A DNA stretch of 64,000 bases from Camelus dromedarius (Eukaryota): assembly GCF_036321535.1 (NCBI RefSeq), contig NC_087437.1:75580001-75644000 (forward strand). The letters run 5' to 3'. Positions 63,291 to 64,000 of this stretch are shown one piece after another. Numbering within the stretch: position 1 is the stretch's first letter; every line of letters begins with the position of its first letter. The position numbers were made by a program, and so were the translations under genes. Below the pieces are notes generated by a model. That model was given only the letters and a program-made list of their open reading frames with translations. It did not search any database and was not told the origin of the DNA.

Positions 63291-64000
63291 GTATGTGAAT
63301 TACTTAAGATGAGTACATGGGTACATTTACTTATCTGTGAAATACCTGTTAAGAGAGAACATGAAAGAAAAAACACCTAATCCTTGCCCTTGAGGAAGTT
63401 ACTGATTGAATGTACCATATTACATTTCAACAGCCCTGACACTCAACCCACCTAAAGAAAGGTGACTATACAAAATATAATATATATCTAGTATATTACA
63501 TGTATTAGATATATATAGTATATTTATATATGTATGTATATTAGAATCATTTCATCATTCTTTCCTCTCTGACTCTCAGTAGGTTTAACAGAACATGAGG
63601 CCAGCAATCCCTAGAATCTGCAGCTTCCCAGGCTTGCTGCCCTGCCAAAAATAGGGACTTGGAGGATACCACAAAGAAGCAAAGCTGGAGTGAGAAGTTA
63701 CAGGTCCCAGGCTAGAGCTATAAGTTTAATGATCTACTTCCAACTAGAATATTCCCAGTCATCTTTGAATTTTGCCACAAGAAAATCATCTTATTCCCTT
63801 ATCTACTTTGATTGTGAACTTTATATAAAGCAGATTCCACTCACATACATTTTAGATTTGCATAAGGACAACTAAATTGACTAACACTACCAGGTGCTTT
63901 TTATTTTAACATTCTGCAAAGTGTGACGAAAATAATTCTCATTATAGCCTTGTCACTGAAAATTTCAAACTATCTTTTCATTTGTGGTTGAGAATTTGTG

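Noticed and set aside
1..64000. CRISPR array, operon or prokaryotic defence system
   Set aside because: The sequence is mammalian with spliceosomal introns. No regularly spaced repeat-spacer array or multi-ORF cassette was seen.

Overview
Mammalian genomic DNA, probably camelid (inferred from a tRNA-derived SINE resembling Vic-1 at 57671). The window holds the 5' part of IFT57 (intraflagellar transport 57 / HIPPI) on the + strand: a CpG-island promoter at about 16.2-17.1 kb and coding exons 1-7 (16677-63290). These splice through GT-AG introns into an uninterrupted 849-nt frame (283 aa); the remaining exons lie beyond the window. The upstream 16 kb and the introns are mostly decayed interspersed repeats (an ERVL provirus remnant with RT motifs, solo LTRs, Tigger/MER/MADE DNA transposons, L1, L2, MIR). 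Repeat family names come from recalled consensus sequences, not from a database search. The most unusual structure is a 131-bp inverted repeat in intron 5 (38193-38323 / 38484-38614, 129/131 identical, 160-bp spacer, no recognisable transposon or target-site duplication). Both of its mismatches are A-C in the sense pre-mRNA and G-U wobbles on the antisense strand. I found no convincing second protein-coding gene and no evidence of a novel multi-gene system.
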